From: Candidatus Geothermarchaeota archaeon
Lineage (GTDB): Archaea; Thermoproteota; Nitrososphaeria; Geothermarchaeales; JDFR-13
Assembly: GCA_015523545.1 (NCBI GenBank)
Contig: WAKB01000008.1
Span: forward strand, 77,546 to 101,545
DNA: 24,000 nt
Reading direction: 5' to 3'
Shown in pieces: positions 1 to 7,944 of this stretch. Within the stretch, counting starts at the first letter, position 1, and each line of letters opens with the position of its first letter. The notes under the pieces are model-generated. The model was given only the letters and a program-made list of their open reading frames with translations. It ran no database searches and had not been told where the DNA came from. Both the position numbers and the translations under genes were made by a program.

Positions 1-511
1 CTAGATGAGAGAGATACTCCTCAGCCGACCAACCAAACTCAACCGGGACCTGTGGAAGTAGGAGGGCTGAATAAGGCCCATACTCCAGGATCAACCCATC
101 CCTACCTATCCTGATCATAGAGGGCAGCTCCAAGGGATTCCTTGGAGATAGGAGGCGGGGAGGGGTCAAGACCGACACTTCAAAGACAACACTATCCAGC
201 TCATCCCTAGACATAGGCTCAAACCTAGGATCACTGAAGGCTGAGCTTAGAGCACTCTTCACCACAGCCTCACACAGAGGCATGGGAGTATCGACATACC
301 CTATACAACCACGGAGCTCATGGGATGGGTAGAGATATATAGAGGTGAAGACACCTCTTCTAACCTTGAACCTGTCATAACTACAAGCCTCCCTATAAAG
401 ATCTGAACTCCTCAGATCCATACCAGCGAAACTATACTCTACGGCCTGCCTAGCAAGAGCCACAAGCTTAGCCCCCTCCTCCAACGAATATCGAGCATCA
501 TCCCCACTCAT
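1..511 (-). CDS. AMMECR1-domain protein (AmmeMemoRadiSam protein A-like); N-terminal ~170 aa only, the gene continues past the window start
   Basis: Absent from the ORF track because it runs off the window edge. My minus-strand translation from ATG 511..509 reads MSGDDARYSLEEGAKLVALARQAVEYSF..RRGVFTSIYLYPSHELRGCIGYVDTPMPL..SAFSDPRFEPMS..VSVLTPP..GRDGLILEYGPYSALLLPQVPVEFGW, open to position 1. LRGCIG, DPRF and LLPQV are hallmark AMMECR1 motifs. Confidence 0.8.
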   Translation of the reverse strand, partial: MSGDDARYSLEEGAKLVALARQAVEYSFAGMDLRSSDLYREACSYDRFKVRRGVFTSIYLYPSHELRGCIGYVDTPMPLCEAVVKSALSSAFSDPRFEPMSRDELDSVVFEVSVLTPPRLLSPRNPLELPSMIRIGRDGLILEYGPYSALLLPQVPVEFGWSAEEYLSHL

Positions 512-561
512 AGACCTACCCACACCCCTCCCACTACACAAGATTGGATAATAATAGCCGG

Positions 562-567
562 TTTAAA
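562..567 (+). promoter_or_regulatory. TATA-like box (TTTAAA within GGTTTAAACC) for the Orc1/Cdc6-like gene
   Basis: Centred about 32 nt upstream of ATG 597, the spacing expected for a leaderless or short-leader archaeal transcript. The 85-nt intergenic region is shared with the divergent AMMECR1 gene. Confidence 0.4.
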
Positions 568-596
568 CCTTGAGAGGCTGAATAGAGTCTAGTGAG

Positions 597-1673
597 ATGG
601 GAGGCATATTCCGGGAAGATGGGGCGACCGTATTCAGCATCGACTATGTACCCGAGAAGACCCCCCACAGAGAAGAAGAAATAGAGGAGCTTGGCGGATA
701 CCTAGTCACCACGTTCGAGAGAGGTGATTTCAGACCCCCAATATTGATTGGACCATCAGGTACTGGAAAGACACTGGTGGTGATAAAATCACTAGAGAGG
801 CTCAGAAACAACCCTATGTACGGGCCACACATCATCACAAACATTGTAAACACGATGATAACCAACAGCACATATGCGGTTATCAAGAATATAGTATCAC
901 TACTCTCCCCCGTCCCAGAGCGGGGCCTATCCATCTCCGACCTATTGAAAAGGCTTGAGAGCGAGCTCGTCGCCACAGGGCGTAAATATGTAGTGTGCCT
1001 AGACGATGCTGACGACATAATTAGGAGAGACAAGGGGAGGATAGTATATCTCCTCACCAGGATCAACGAGGCTATTGGAGAGGGTCTTATCTACCCCATC
1101 TTCGTGGTTAGGGACTACAAGACGATCCTAGCACTACCCGACTACATCAAGAGTAAGGTTGGAGGCCTTATGATGAAATTTAATCCCTACACTCGAGACC
1201 AGCTCAAAGACATCATCGCTGAGAGGATAGAGAAGGGTCTGGAGCCCGAAGCCATAACAAGCAACGCGATAGAGACAGCAGCAATAATATCGGAGAGAAT
1301 CTACGGTGGAAACGCGAGGGAAATGATTAACCTAATATATAGATCCGCGATTTATGCAGAGAAGATCGAGGCACCCTATATAGATGCGGAGATAGTCAGG
1401 GAGACCTTCTACTACACCTTCTACAACAACATAGTAGAGCCACTTGGATACCCCCATAGAGAGGTGATGAAGATACTCACCATGACTGTAGACAGAGACA
1501 GATATATAGTGACAGACAAGGATGTTGAGGAGATCCACTCAAGGGTTATGAATCAAGGTCTAACATACATACACGTGAGAAAGATACTGACTGACCTGGC
1601 CGAGAAACACGGATATCTACTCCTTGAGGACGACTTTAAGCACGTTTTCATTCCACGCAGAATATTCCAGTAG
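597..1673 (+). CDS. cdc6: Orc1/Cdc6-family AAA+ initiator-like protein (short paralogue, 358 aa)
   Basis: The N-terminal FSIDYVPEKTPHREEEIEEL matches the Orc1/Cdc6 Y-x-P-x-x-L-P-H-R-E lead-in. Walker A is GPSGTGKT. Walker B is VVCLDDADD (DD, not DE). GNAREMINLIYRSA corresponds to the GDAR sensor-2 region. The C-terminus looks winged-helix-like (VRKILTDLAEKHGYLLL). Confidence 0.85.
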   Translation: MGGIFREDGATVFSIDYVPEKTPHREEEIEELGGYLVTTFERGDFRPPILIGPSGTGKTLVVIKSLERLRNNPMYGPHIITNIVNTMITNSTYAVIKNIVSLLSPVPERGLSISDLLKRLESELVATGRKYVVCLDDADDIIRRDKGRIVYLLTRINEAIGEGLIYPIFVVRDYKTILALPDYIKSKVGGLMMKFNPYTRDQLKDIIAERIEKGLEPEAITSNAIETAAIISERIYGGNAREMINLIYRSAIYAEKIEAPYIDAEIVRETFYYTFYNNIVEPLGYPHREVMKILTMTVDRDRYIVTDKDVEEIHSRVMNQGLTYIHVRKILTDLAEKHGYLLLEDDFKHVFIPRRIFQ

Positions 1674-1759
1674 GAAGACACCTAAGAATACTGGGAATAC
1701 TTTCACTCACCCCCCTAGACAGGTACACCCCATGATACGGGAGAAAGCGGCAGGTTTAA

Positions 1760-2098
1760 ATGGGGATATCGATGCCACGACTACTACTTCTAGTTCCACA
1801 TGGCCAGAGAGACACATATAGGGTTAGGGAGCTTAATAGGATAGTCGCCGAGGAGGCGGCTGCACTAGGTATAGACTATGAGGTCGTCGAGACAGACACT
1901 AGGGAGCCCGCAATATATATCGAGGACAGCAGATCCGACACAACACTATACATAGATGAGGACGGTGAGGAGTCAGAGGAGACTATCAGGATGATGATAA
2001 GAGTACTAGCTACGATAGCCATATCCATGGACAGCAGAGAAGTGAGGGAGACAGTATCTCCATACATAGGGGTTGAGGAAGAAATTAGGAGGAGATAA
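1760..2098 (+). CDS. Hypothetical small acidic protein (112 aa; alternative start ATG 1772)
   Basis: ORF only. It lies 87 nt downstream of the Orc1/Cdc6-like gene on the same strand. The centre is very acidic (DYEVVETDTREPAIYIEDSRSDTTLYIDEDGEESEE). I recognise no motif. Confidence 0.45.
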   Translation: MGISMPRLLLLVPHGQRDTYRVRELNRIVAEEAAALGIDYEVVETDTREPAIYIEDSRSDTTLYIDEDGEESEETIRMMIRVLATIAISMDSREVRETVSPYIGVEEEIRRR

Positions 2099-2108
2099 CA
2101 ACCAGACT

Positions 2109-2201
<93 letters not shown>

Positions 2202-2215
2202 AAGTCCCACTAGAC

Positions 2216-3022
2216 TTATTCCGGAGAGAATCTTAAAAGCTTTCCTAGCAGATCCTCGAAATCATGCCTACTCATCCCGAGGGAATACTTTCTCAAGAGA
2301 CTTATTACCCCTGCTCTATCCATCCCTAATAGGTCTAGGATATAGTCGGAAGCCGGCGACCTCACCAAGACCGCCTGAGCTACAGAGGTGAAGTTATGGG
2401 GCTTCCTAGTCATTGAGGCATACTCAAAATCAATAAACACTGGATCATAGTCATCACTCCTAATGATTACATGATCTTGCGGACGGGACAGCTCACCATG
2501 ATCCACACCAATACTATCCAGTAGGTACGCCTTGGTAAACAGTAGCCGTAGAAACCTGAGAAGCTCATCCCTATCCAACAGATATAGCTGGCTAGAGAGG
2601 AACTCCCCCATCTTGAAACCCACTATATACTCCATCAGGATGAGCCAGTCCAACGACTCCACTAGGCGAGGCGAAACCTTATACTCACCTATCTTCTCCA
2701 CAATATAGCGTAGGATACGGGCCTCCTTAGACAAATCCTTATCACCCACATCAGTTCTAAGAATCTTAGCAACCGTAGGCTCCCCCCTATATGAAACAAG
2801 GAGAACCAGTGAAGACCCGCCCTTACCCAGTATTTTTACGCCATATACCTCCGTGTCTCCCCATAGGATGATCCTATCCACCCCTATGGACTGTAGAGCC
2901 TCTAATCTCGATATAGCTAGCTCAACATCCCTAGAGGGATATACTAGGAGAAGTAGTATCCGCTCATACTTGTCGGGACTGCTCAGGATATCCTCTACGG
3001 ACACTATACCAGAAAACGCCAT
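2216..3022 (-). CDS. Protein-kinase-like fold protein (archaeal RIO/Bud32-like predicted Ser/Thr kinase type), function unknown
   Basis: Gly-rich loop ILGKGGSSLV followed by VAKIL (putative ATP-binding Lys). Catalytic-loop-like DHGELSRPQDHVI and a DFG-like FIDFE. ATG 3022..3020 overlaps the cca stop (3006..3004) by 19 nt. Confidence 0.6.
   Translation of the reverse strand: MAFSGIVSVEDILSSPDKYERILLLLVYPSRDVELAISRLEALQSIGVDRIILWGDTEVYGVKILGKGGSSLVLLVSYRGEPTVAKILRTDVGDKDLSKEARILRYIVEKIGEYKVSPRLVESLDWLILMEYIVGFKMGEFLSSQLYLLDRDELLRFLRLLFTKAYLLDSIGVDHGELSRPQDHVIIRSDDYDPVFIDFEYASMTRKPHNFTSVAQAVLVRSPASDYILDLLGMDRAGVISLLRKYSLGMSRHDFEDLLGKLLRFSPE
2232..2239 (-). promoter_or_regulatory. Possible TATA box (CTTTTAAG on the minus strand) for tRNA-Pro, embedded in the 3' end of the upstream CDS
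   Basis: Lies about 31-38 nt upstream of the tRNA 5' end (2201), inside the last codons of the kinase-like gene. Confidence 0.3.
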
Positions 3023-4395
3023 TCAACATCGCCCTTCAAGATGTCAAGATACATCCTATAAAGCTTTGGTACAGCCCTGATAGCCCCCAGATCTCTGGGC
3101 AATACATAGATAGTGACGAGTTCTACATCCTCAGGTACACGTACCTCCTTATTCCCCACGATATCCGATACGACCCTCTCAGCCGAGGTATACCTCCTAG
3201 GTTTCAAGGAATACCACCTCCCATCCTCACCCATCCACACTATATTCCTAACGTTTCCCCTGAGGAAACCTGTATCGTCGTGTCTGTAGGGTATAGGACC
3301 CCTAGACAGGGATAGGGACGACACCTCCACAGATTCGAGTATAAGCACTATGATGGTGTCTGAAACATAGTCGCTCTCGAGACCCACCCTATAAACCTCA
3401 AACCCATGCATCCTCAGCACGTTAGCCAGCTTCCTACCTAGTCGGTACATCTGGGGATAATGGATATCCTCCACCCGCTCCCCATGGGTGAAGTGGAGTA
3501 TCAATGCATATACATCTCCAACCAGAGACTCAGGGTCGAAAACGTCCTCCAGTCTCTTGTCTAACATGGATGGATCCCTAAGGAGGTGTCTTGCCCCTGA
3601 GACCGCCAGCGAGAAACGTTTCCATGTCAGGGCAGAGGCTACATTCCTCCCCCGATCCACGGGATCTACAAATATTAGGGGAGACCTCTCTCCAAAGACC
3701 TTTACTACCTCCTCCCGATCCCTATAGACACCTAGCCAATCTATAACCACGGGGGGAGTCCATCTAGCCATCTCTCTAATCGTGTTTATAACGCCTCTGT
3801 AGTAGAGTACGAGAAGCTCAGTCAGATACCCGGAGAACCCACCAGTCTTGGCTTCGGAGCCGTATACACCGAGTCTACGAAGAATATATTTCAACGCAAC
3901 AGCATCACAACGATATTCCAATATGCCTCTACTGATCAGGAACTCGTTATGGTAGTAGGACCTATCAACGGGGCTCTTCCACTCCGGATAACTGGTTCTA
4001 AACGCTGGTACAATGTTATACTTGAAAGACTCACCATCATCTACGATAACCTCTAGATAGGGATGGTCGGCGAACCGTCTTCTTATCTCTACATCCCTAT
4101 CTAGAGCATCCCCCAACACCTCTTCTAGATAGTCCACCACCTCTCTAGGATCCACGTCATCCCTAAACAGGATGAAGACGTCAGCATCAAACTCATCCTT
4201 CACATATGTACCCCTAGCCACAGAGCCTAGCAGAACAACATCATCTCGACCAACGCTATACCTGGTTCTAAGAAGACTATATACAGTCTCTATTATCCAC
4301 TCGGCCTTAGCCCTAGCCAGCTCCCACTCATTCTCACTGGGACATTTATCCCTGACTATCCTATCCACCAACGACTCCAGGCTATCCAGACTCAC
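3004..4395 (-). CDS. cca: CCA-adding enzyme (archaeal class I tRNA nucleotidyltransferase)
   Basis: Polymerase-beta nucleotidyltransferase signature LLGSVARGTYVKDEFDADVFILF near the N-terminus. The size (463 aa) and overall layout fit archaeal Cca. GTG start at 4395..4393, 9 nt after the thpR stop. Confidence 0.9.
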   Translation of the reverse strand: MSLDSLESLVDRIVRDKCPSENEWELARAKAEWIIETVYSLLRTRYSVGRDDVVLLGSVARGTYVKDEFDADVFILFRDDVDPREVVDYLEEVLGDALDRDVEIRRRFADHPYLEVIVDDGESFKYNIVPAFRTSYPEWKSPVDRSYYHNEFLISRGILEYRCDAVALKYILRRLGVYGSEAKTGGFSGYLTELLVLYYRGVINTIREMARWTPPVVIDWLGVYRDREEVVKVFGERSPLIFVDPVDRGRNVASALTWKRFSLAVSGARHLLRDPSMLDKRLEDVFDPESLVGDVYALILHFTHGERVEDIHYPQMYRLGRKLANVLRMHGFEVYRVGLESDYVSDTIIVLILESVEVSSLSLSRGPIPYRHDDTGFLRGNVRNIVWMGEDGRWYSLKPRRYTSAERVVSDIVGNKEVRVPEDVELVTIYVLPRDLGAIRAVPKLYRMYLDILKGDVEWRFLV

Positions 4396-4404
4396 CTGAT
4401 AGTG

Positions 4405-4950
4405 TCACCCCAGTGGAAACTCCTTCACAGTCCTGTAGATAGGGCCCTTAGGGGTCAGGATACTACTTTTGAGTCTGAAGCTCCTGATCTCCAGAGTCTC
4501 ACCGACATTTATCGACGAAAGCAGATCCACATCTCTGGGTCCCAGCCTAGTGTACTGCTTGATCCTAGCCACAGTAATATGAGGCTTGAAGGGCTTCCTA
4601 TCCTCCTGCCCAATCCCCCTAAGTACACTAGCCACCTGTCTCTGTAGAGACACCAGGTTTTCATCAGGATCGACCTCTATAAACACTACACGCGGCCTAT
4701 CCAAGCTAGGAAACGCCCCCACGCCTCCAACATGTATTCTACATACACCAGCCCTAACCCTTGAGAGCCTATCCACGATCTCATCGGTTAGAGAATCATC
4801 AACATCACCAATGAACCTCAGAGTGATGTGGAGAAGGGAGGGATCGACATAAGTAGCCCTAACACCCAGCCTCCTTATCACCTCCTGGGTCTGAAGCACC
4901 TTCTTAGCCACGTTCTCCGACTCTATATCAAGAGCCACGAATAGTCTCAT
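4405..4950 (-). CDS. thpR: RNA 2',3'-cyclic phosphodiesterase / 2'-5' RNA ligase family (2H phosphoesterase)
   Basis: Two H-x-T-x motifs, HITLRF and HITVAR, at the typical spacing. I place the start at ATG 4950..4948 (MRLFVALDI..). The ORF-track start at 4956 is a TTG two codons upstream. Confidence 0.85.
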   Translation of the reverse strand: MRLFVALDIESENVAKKVLQTQEVIRRLGVRATYVDPSLLHITLRFIGDVDDSLTDEIVDRLSRVRAGVCRIHVGGVGAFPSLDRPRVVFIEVDPDENLVSLQRQVASVLRGIGQEDRKPFKPHITVARIKQYTRLGPRDVDLLSSINVGETLEIRSFRLKSSILTPKGPIYRTVKEFPLG

Positions 4951-4967
4951 CACCAAACCCTCAATAT

Positions 4968-4988
4968 CTTATAAAGACGTGATAAATC
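4968..4988. promoter_or_regulatory. Back-to-back TATA-like elements in the 54-nt thpR / UPF0200 divergent intergenic region
   Basis: CTTATAAAG is centred about 32 nt upstream of ATG 5005 (+). GATAAATC (ATTTATC on the minus strand) is centred about 34 nt upstream of ATG 4950 (-). Confidence 0.4.
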
Positions 4989-5004
4989 TCTATAGAGGAG
5001 CGAG

Positions 5005-5604
5005 ATGAGCAGACTAGTAGTATGTATCTCAGGATACCCAGGGTCGGGCAAGAGCATATTCGCTAATACGGCTAGGGAGCTGGGAATACCCATCTATACA
5101 ATGGGGGACGTTGTTAGGGAGGAGGCTAGACGCATATATGGAAGAATAGATCCTGAGACAGTGGCCAAGACATCCCAAGAGATTCGTAGGAGGATGGGGA
5201 GAGGCGCTGTAGCCCGACTCCTAGCTCAGAAGATAGACTCCTCCAACCACGAAATAGTAGTGGTAGACGGTGTCAGGAGCCCCGACGAGATAGAGGCACT
5301 GTCAACCATAGGGAGAACAGTCATCATCACACTAATTGCAAGTAGGCGTACACGCTTCGAGAGACTTATAAAACGTGGACGGATAGACGATAAGCCTACA
5401 TATGAAAACCTACTTGAGAGGGAGGAGAGGGAGAGGTCATTCGGCCTAGACAAGGTTATCGAGGCGGCGAACCTATACATATATAATGAGGACATAAGCC
5501 TGGAGGAACTGAAGAGCATAGCCAAGAATCTTTTCCAAGAGATTAGTGGAGTGGGGAGAGATGAAGAAAAGAGAGAGAATAGAACAGTACAAAGAGAAGG
5601 CTAG
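5005..5604 (+). CDS. P-loop nucleotide/nucleoside kinase-like protein (archaeal UPF0200 / dephospho-CoA-kinase-like family)
   Basis: N-terminal Walker A VVCISGYPGSGKS, then the MGDVVREE and VVVDGVRSPDE motifs typical of small adenylate-kinase-fold NMP kinases. GAGGAG lies 5 nt upstream of the ATG. Confidence 0.65.
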   Translation: MSRLVVCISGYPGSGKSIFANTARELGIPIYTMGDVVREEARRIYGRIDPETVAKTSQEIRRRMGRGAVARLLAQKIDSSNHEIVVVDGVRSPDEIEALSTIGRTVIITLIASRRTRFERLIKRGRIDDKPTYENLLEREERERSFGLDKVIEAANLYIYNEDISLEELKSIAKNLFQEISGVGRDEEKRENRTVQREG

Positions 5605-6007
5605 GATCGACGAGATCCTACGAAGTGCAGAGATAACTGCTAAGACACCATTACTCCCATGTGAGGATGAGGAGAAGGTGGCCAGAGCCCTTAGAAACAT
5701 AGTGGATGGGGAGATTAAGAAGGAGGAATACGGCGATAGGACATACTTAGTAGCCAGATCCAAAGGAAGCTCAGACGTAGAGAAGCTATTCAACTATTTT
5801 AGGAGTAAACAGGTACTCGCAACTCTTAGGAGGATACTTAAGAAGTACTCCAGCCAAGAAGAAATAGTCATCTATCTCCATAAACAGGCGGCCTATGTAG
5901 GCGCATACTCCATAGCAGAGCCTGGAGAATCTCCAGGAGGTGAGATAATAGTCACCATAAAGGTTGAAGACCCAAGTAGCGTCATATCAGCCCTAACCAG
6001 ATTCTAA
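5561..6007 (+). CDS. Conserved archaeal protein, UPF0201-like (predicted RNA-binding fold); usual partner of UPF0200
   Basis: The core AEITAKTPLLPCEDEEKVARALRNIV resembles the x-P-T-E-D-x-E-K-V lead-in I recall for UPF0201. The ORF-track start is GTG 5546. ATG 5561 is preceded by GGAGTGGGGAGAG. The gene overlaps the 3' end of the upstream gene by 44-59 nt. Confidence 0.55.
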   Translation: MKKRERIEQYKEKARIDEILRSAEITAKTPLLPCEDEEKVARALRNIVDGEIKKEEYGDRTYLVARSKGSSDVEKLFNYFRSKQVLATLRRILKKYSSQEEIVIYLHKQAAYVGAYSIAEPGESPGGEIIVTIKVEDPSSVISALTRF

Positions 6008-6934
6008 GACATGTGGAAAGCGCTTTACATATGGTATCACGAGACTATCCAAATCCTCAGCCGAAAACGTGGCTGGGAAGATCTTCCTAGCCTCACTAAC
6101 CAAGTGGGACACATCCCTATACCTAGCGCTGAAATGCGTAAGAACCAGGATCTTCACATCAGCCTCCCTAGCTATCTCCGCCGCCTGGACAGCGGTCGTA
6201 TGCTTGGTCAGTAAAGCGCGATCCCTCAGCTCATCGAGAAATGTTGATTCATGTATAAGCACATCAGCATCCCTCGACAACTCAACAACCTTCTCATGAG
6301 GCATGGTGTCTCCCGAGACTACTATACTCCTCCTATGCACAGCACCCTCGATAATGTAATCCTTAGCCCGATATAGACGCCCATCAATAGTTACATCTCG
6401 CCCCTCAGCCAAGGACCTCCATGCACTCTTTGGAACCCCGTCCCTAACAGCCCTATATACATCAAAACTCCAGGACCGTATCTTCTCTTCGAACCTGTAG
6501 GAGAAGGACCATGATGTATGGCTATTCCTTACAGCTCTAACAACATATTCACCATAATCGAATACGACCCCATCATATACAGGGTTATACTCTAGTTCGA
6601 AGGGAAGGTCATTCTCTATATACTCAATGAAATAGTCGATAAGCGTGAAGAGCTTAGGAGGGCCGTGGATAGATACGCGGCTAGTCCTCTTGAAGAGCGA
6701 TAAAGTCTGTAGAGCTGGGAAGAGGCCTAAGATATGATCGCCATGTATATGTGTTATGAATATCCTTATAGTCTTCCCAAATCCAAGGCCTGCATTAAAT
6801 AGTTGCCTCTGTGTACCCTCCCCAAAATCAAAAAATATGGATTCACCCTTCCTCCTAACTAGTATCGAGGAGACGTTCCTCTCAGCCGTTGGGACGCCAG
6901 CCGACGTGCCTAGAAACCTTATTTCAATGTCCAA
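5993..6934 (-). CDS. rnz: Ribonuclease Z (tRNA 3' endonuclease, metallo-beta-lactamase fold)
   Basis: IRFLGTSAGVPT at the N-terminus and the ITHIHGDHILGL His motif, with HES and THFS motifs later. TTG start 6934..6932 is preceded by AGGTGAGGGG 7 nt upstream and directly follows the trm11 stop. Confidence 0.9.
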   Translation of the reverse strand: MDIEIRFLGTSAGVPTAERNVSSILVRRKGESIFFDFGEGTQRQLFNAGLGFGKTIRIFITHIHGDHILGLFPALQTLSLFKRTSRVSIHGPPKLFTLIDYFIEYIENDLPFELEYNPVYDGVVFDYGEYVVRAVRNSHTSWSFSYRFEEKIRSWSFDVYRAVRDGVPKSAWRSLAEGRDVTIDGRLYRAKDYIIEGAVHRRSIVVSGDTMPHEKVVELSRDADVLIHESTFLDELRDRALLTKHTTAVQAAEIAREADVKILVLTHFSARYRDVSHLVSEARKIFPATFSAEDLDSLVIPYVKRFPHVLESG

Positions 6935-6941
6935 CTGCCCC

Positions 6942-7940
6942 TCACCTCAGGACATATAGATACCTAGTAAGATTAGAGTGCACAGGAATCTTGAATTTAA
7001 ACAGCATTCTGACACCACTATCCTCGATAATGTGGTCTATATCCACATGTGTAAAGAAGGCCGACCCCCTGGCGAATATCGCGATATCGTTTACAAGCCT
7101 CTCATAAACCTCGATACTCTCCTTCGACGTCTTGGTTATTCTGCCATATGGCGGATCAGTGGCTAAGTATAGACCGCCCATCCTGATAAACTTGTCGAAC
7201 GAGTCTCCGCATATCACATCATGCCATGAGGATGGGGAATACCCATCAATATTTACTCTAGCTCCTCTAGCCCATCTACAGACTAACTCCACACATATGC
7301 TCGACAATCCTATAGACTCAGCCTCTATTGGGATCCCGCCCACACCACAGAACGGGTCATAAACTATGGACCCCCTTGGAGCACCAGACAGATTTATCAA
7401 CATCCTAGCCAACTTGGGGTCGAGAGAGAAGGGTGAGAAAACAGGTCTACTGCTAGGCCTCCTCCTTGAGAAGGACTTCTTATCGTGGTGGAACTCGATA
7501 CCCATGTAACTCTCCCTACCAACTATGTATCTAGCCACTACCACCTCGGGATCCCTGAGAGATACCTTGTAGACCCCGGATTTCTGGACAAGCCGGGCCA
7601 GGCTATCTATGTCCCTATCCCTCTCCCTATACTCCCCCCTATACACGTGGATATGGATGGCGAAGGATTTTGGCCCAAGCTCTCTAATAACACCCTCCAC
7701 CTCCACTGGGTCTAGGCATAGTAGACCACGCCTAATCAGGGCTGACCTCCATACTACATAGTCTATCAGCCTTGTCAACTCGGTATAGCTTATAGAGACC
7801 TGATCTGGGGTCTCTATATAGGCTAGGGGAGGCTCAACCCCCACAAACCTATGTTTAACACCCACAGCTTCCAAAAGGATGGAGGCCTCTGCAACAGCGA
7901 TCTCAGGAAAATCTTGGGACAGGTGGAGAACTATCTTCAT
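6942..7940 (-). CDS. trm11: tRNA (guanine-N2)-methyltransferase, Trm11 / archaeal Trm-G10 type (N-terminal RNA-binding domain plus class I SAM methyltransferase)
   Basis: SAM-binding VYDPFCGVGGIPIEA and catalytic LATDPPYGR motifs. An N-terminal domain of about 170 aa sits where the THUMP domain normally lies. The ATG is 4 nt after the prs stop. Confidence 0.75.
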   Translation of the reverse strand: MKIVLHLSQDFPEIAVAEASILLEAVGVKHRFVGVEPPLAYIETPDQVSISYTELTRLIDYVVWRSALIRRGLLCLDPVEVEGVIRELGPKSFAIHIHVYRGEYRERDRDIDSLARLVQKSGVYKVSLRDPEVVVARYIVGRESYMGIEFHHDKKSFSRRRPSSRPVFSPFSLDPKLARMLINLSGAPRGSIVYDPFCGVGGIPIEAESIGLSSICVELVCRWARGARVNIDGYSPSSWHDVICGDSFDKFIRMGGLYLATDPPYGRITKTSKESIEVYERLVNDIAIFARGSAFFTHVDIDHIIEDSGVRMLFKFKIPVHSNLTRYLYVLR

Positions 7941-7944
7941 CTCA

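Noticed and set aside
560-571. The palindrome GGTTTAAACC, with a similar AGGTTTAAAT at 1752..1761
   Set aside because: It is best explained as ordinary archaeal TATA boxes (TTTAAA). The second copy overlaps an ATG and may be fortuitous. Two short copies do not make a repeat family.
1170-1222. C/D-box sRNA-like spacing: ATGATGA at 1170..1176 and CTGA at 1219..1222. Other TGATGA/CTGA combinations occur, for example antisense near 5321..5331 and around 19000..19085
   Set aside because: All lie inside coding sequence or lack properly spaced D'/C' boxes. Guide lengths would be about 5 or 30 nt instead of about 12 nt, and there is no terminal stem. No intergenic candidate satisfied the C-D'-C'-D layout.
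1624-1821. The 65-aa plus-strand ORF bridging the orc1/cdc6 3' end and the next gene
   Set aside because: It overlaps the C-terminus of the Orc1/Cdc6-like protein and the start of the 112-aa ORF in another frame. Its composition is low-complexity (TTTTSSST), and it has no independent signals.
4410-4420. CCAGTGGAAAC, which resembles the core of archaeal origin recognition boxes (ORB) as I recall them
   Set aside because: It is a single copy with no inverted partner or AT-rich stretch. It lies inside the last codons of thpR, encoding ..KEFPLG*. It is also 2.7 kb from the Orc1/Cdc6-like gene, so it is most likely coincidence.
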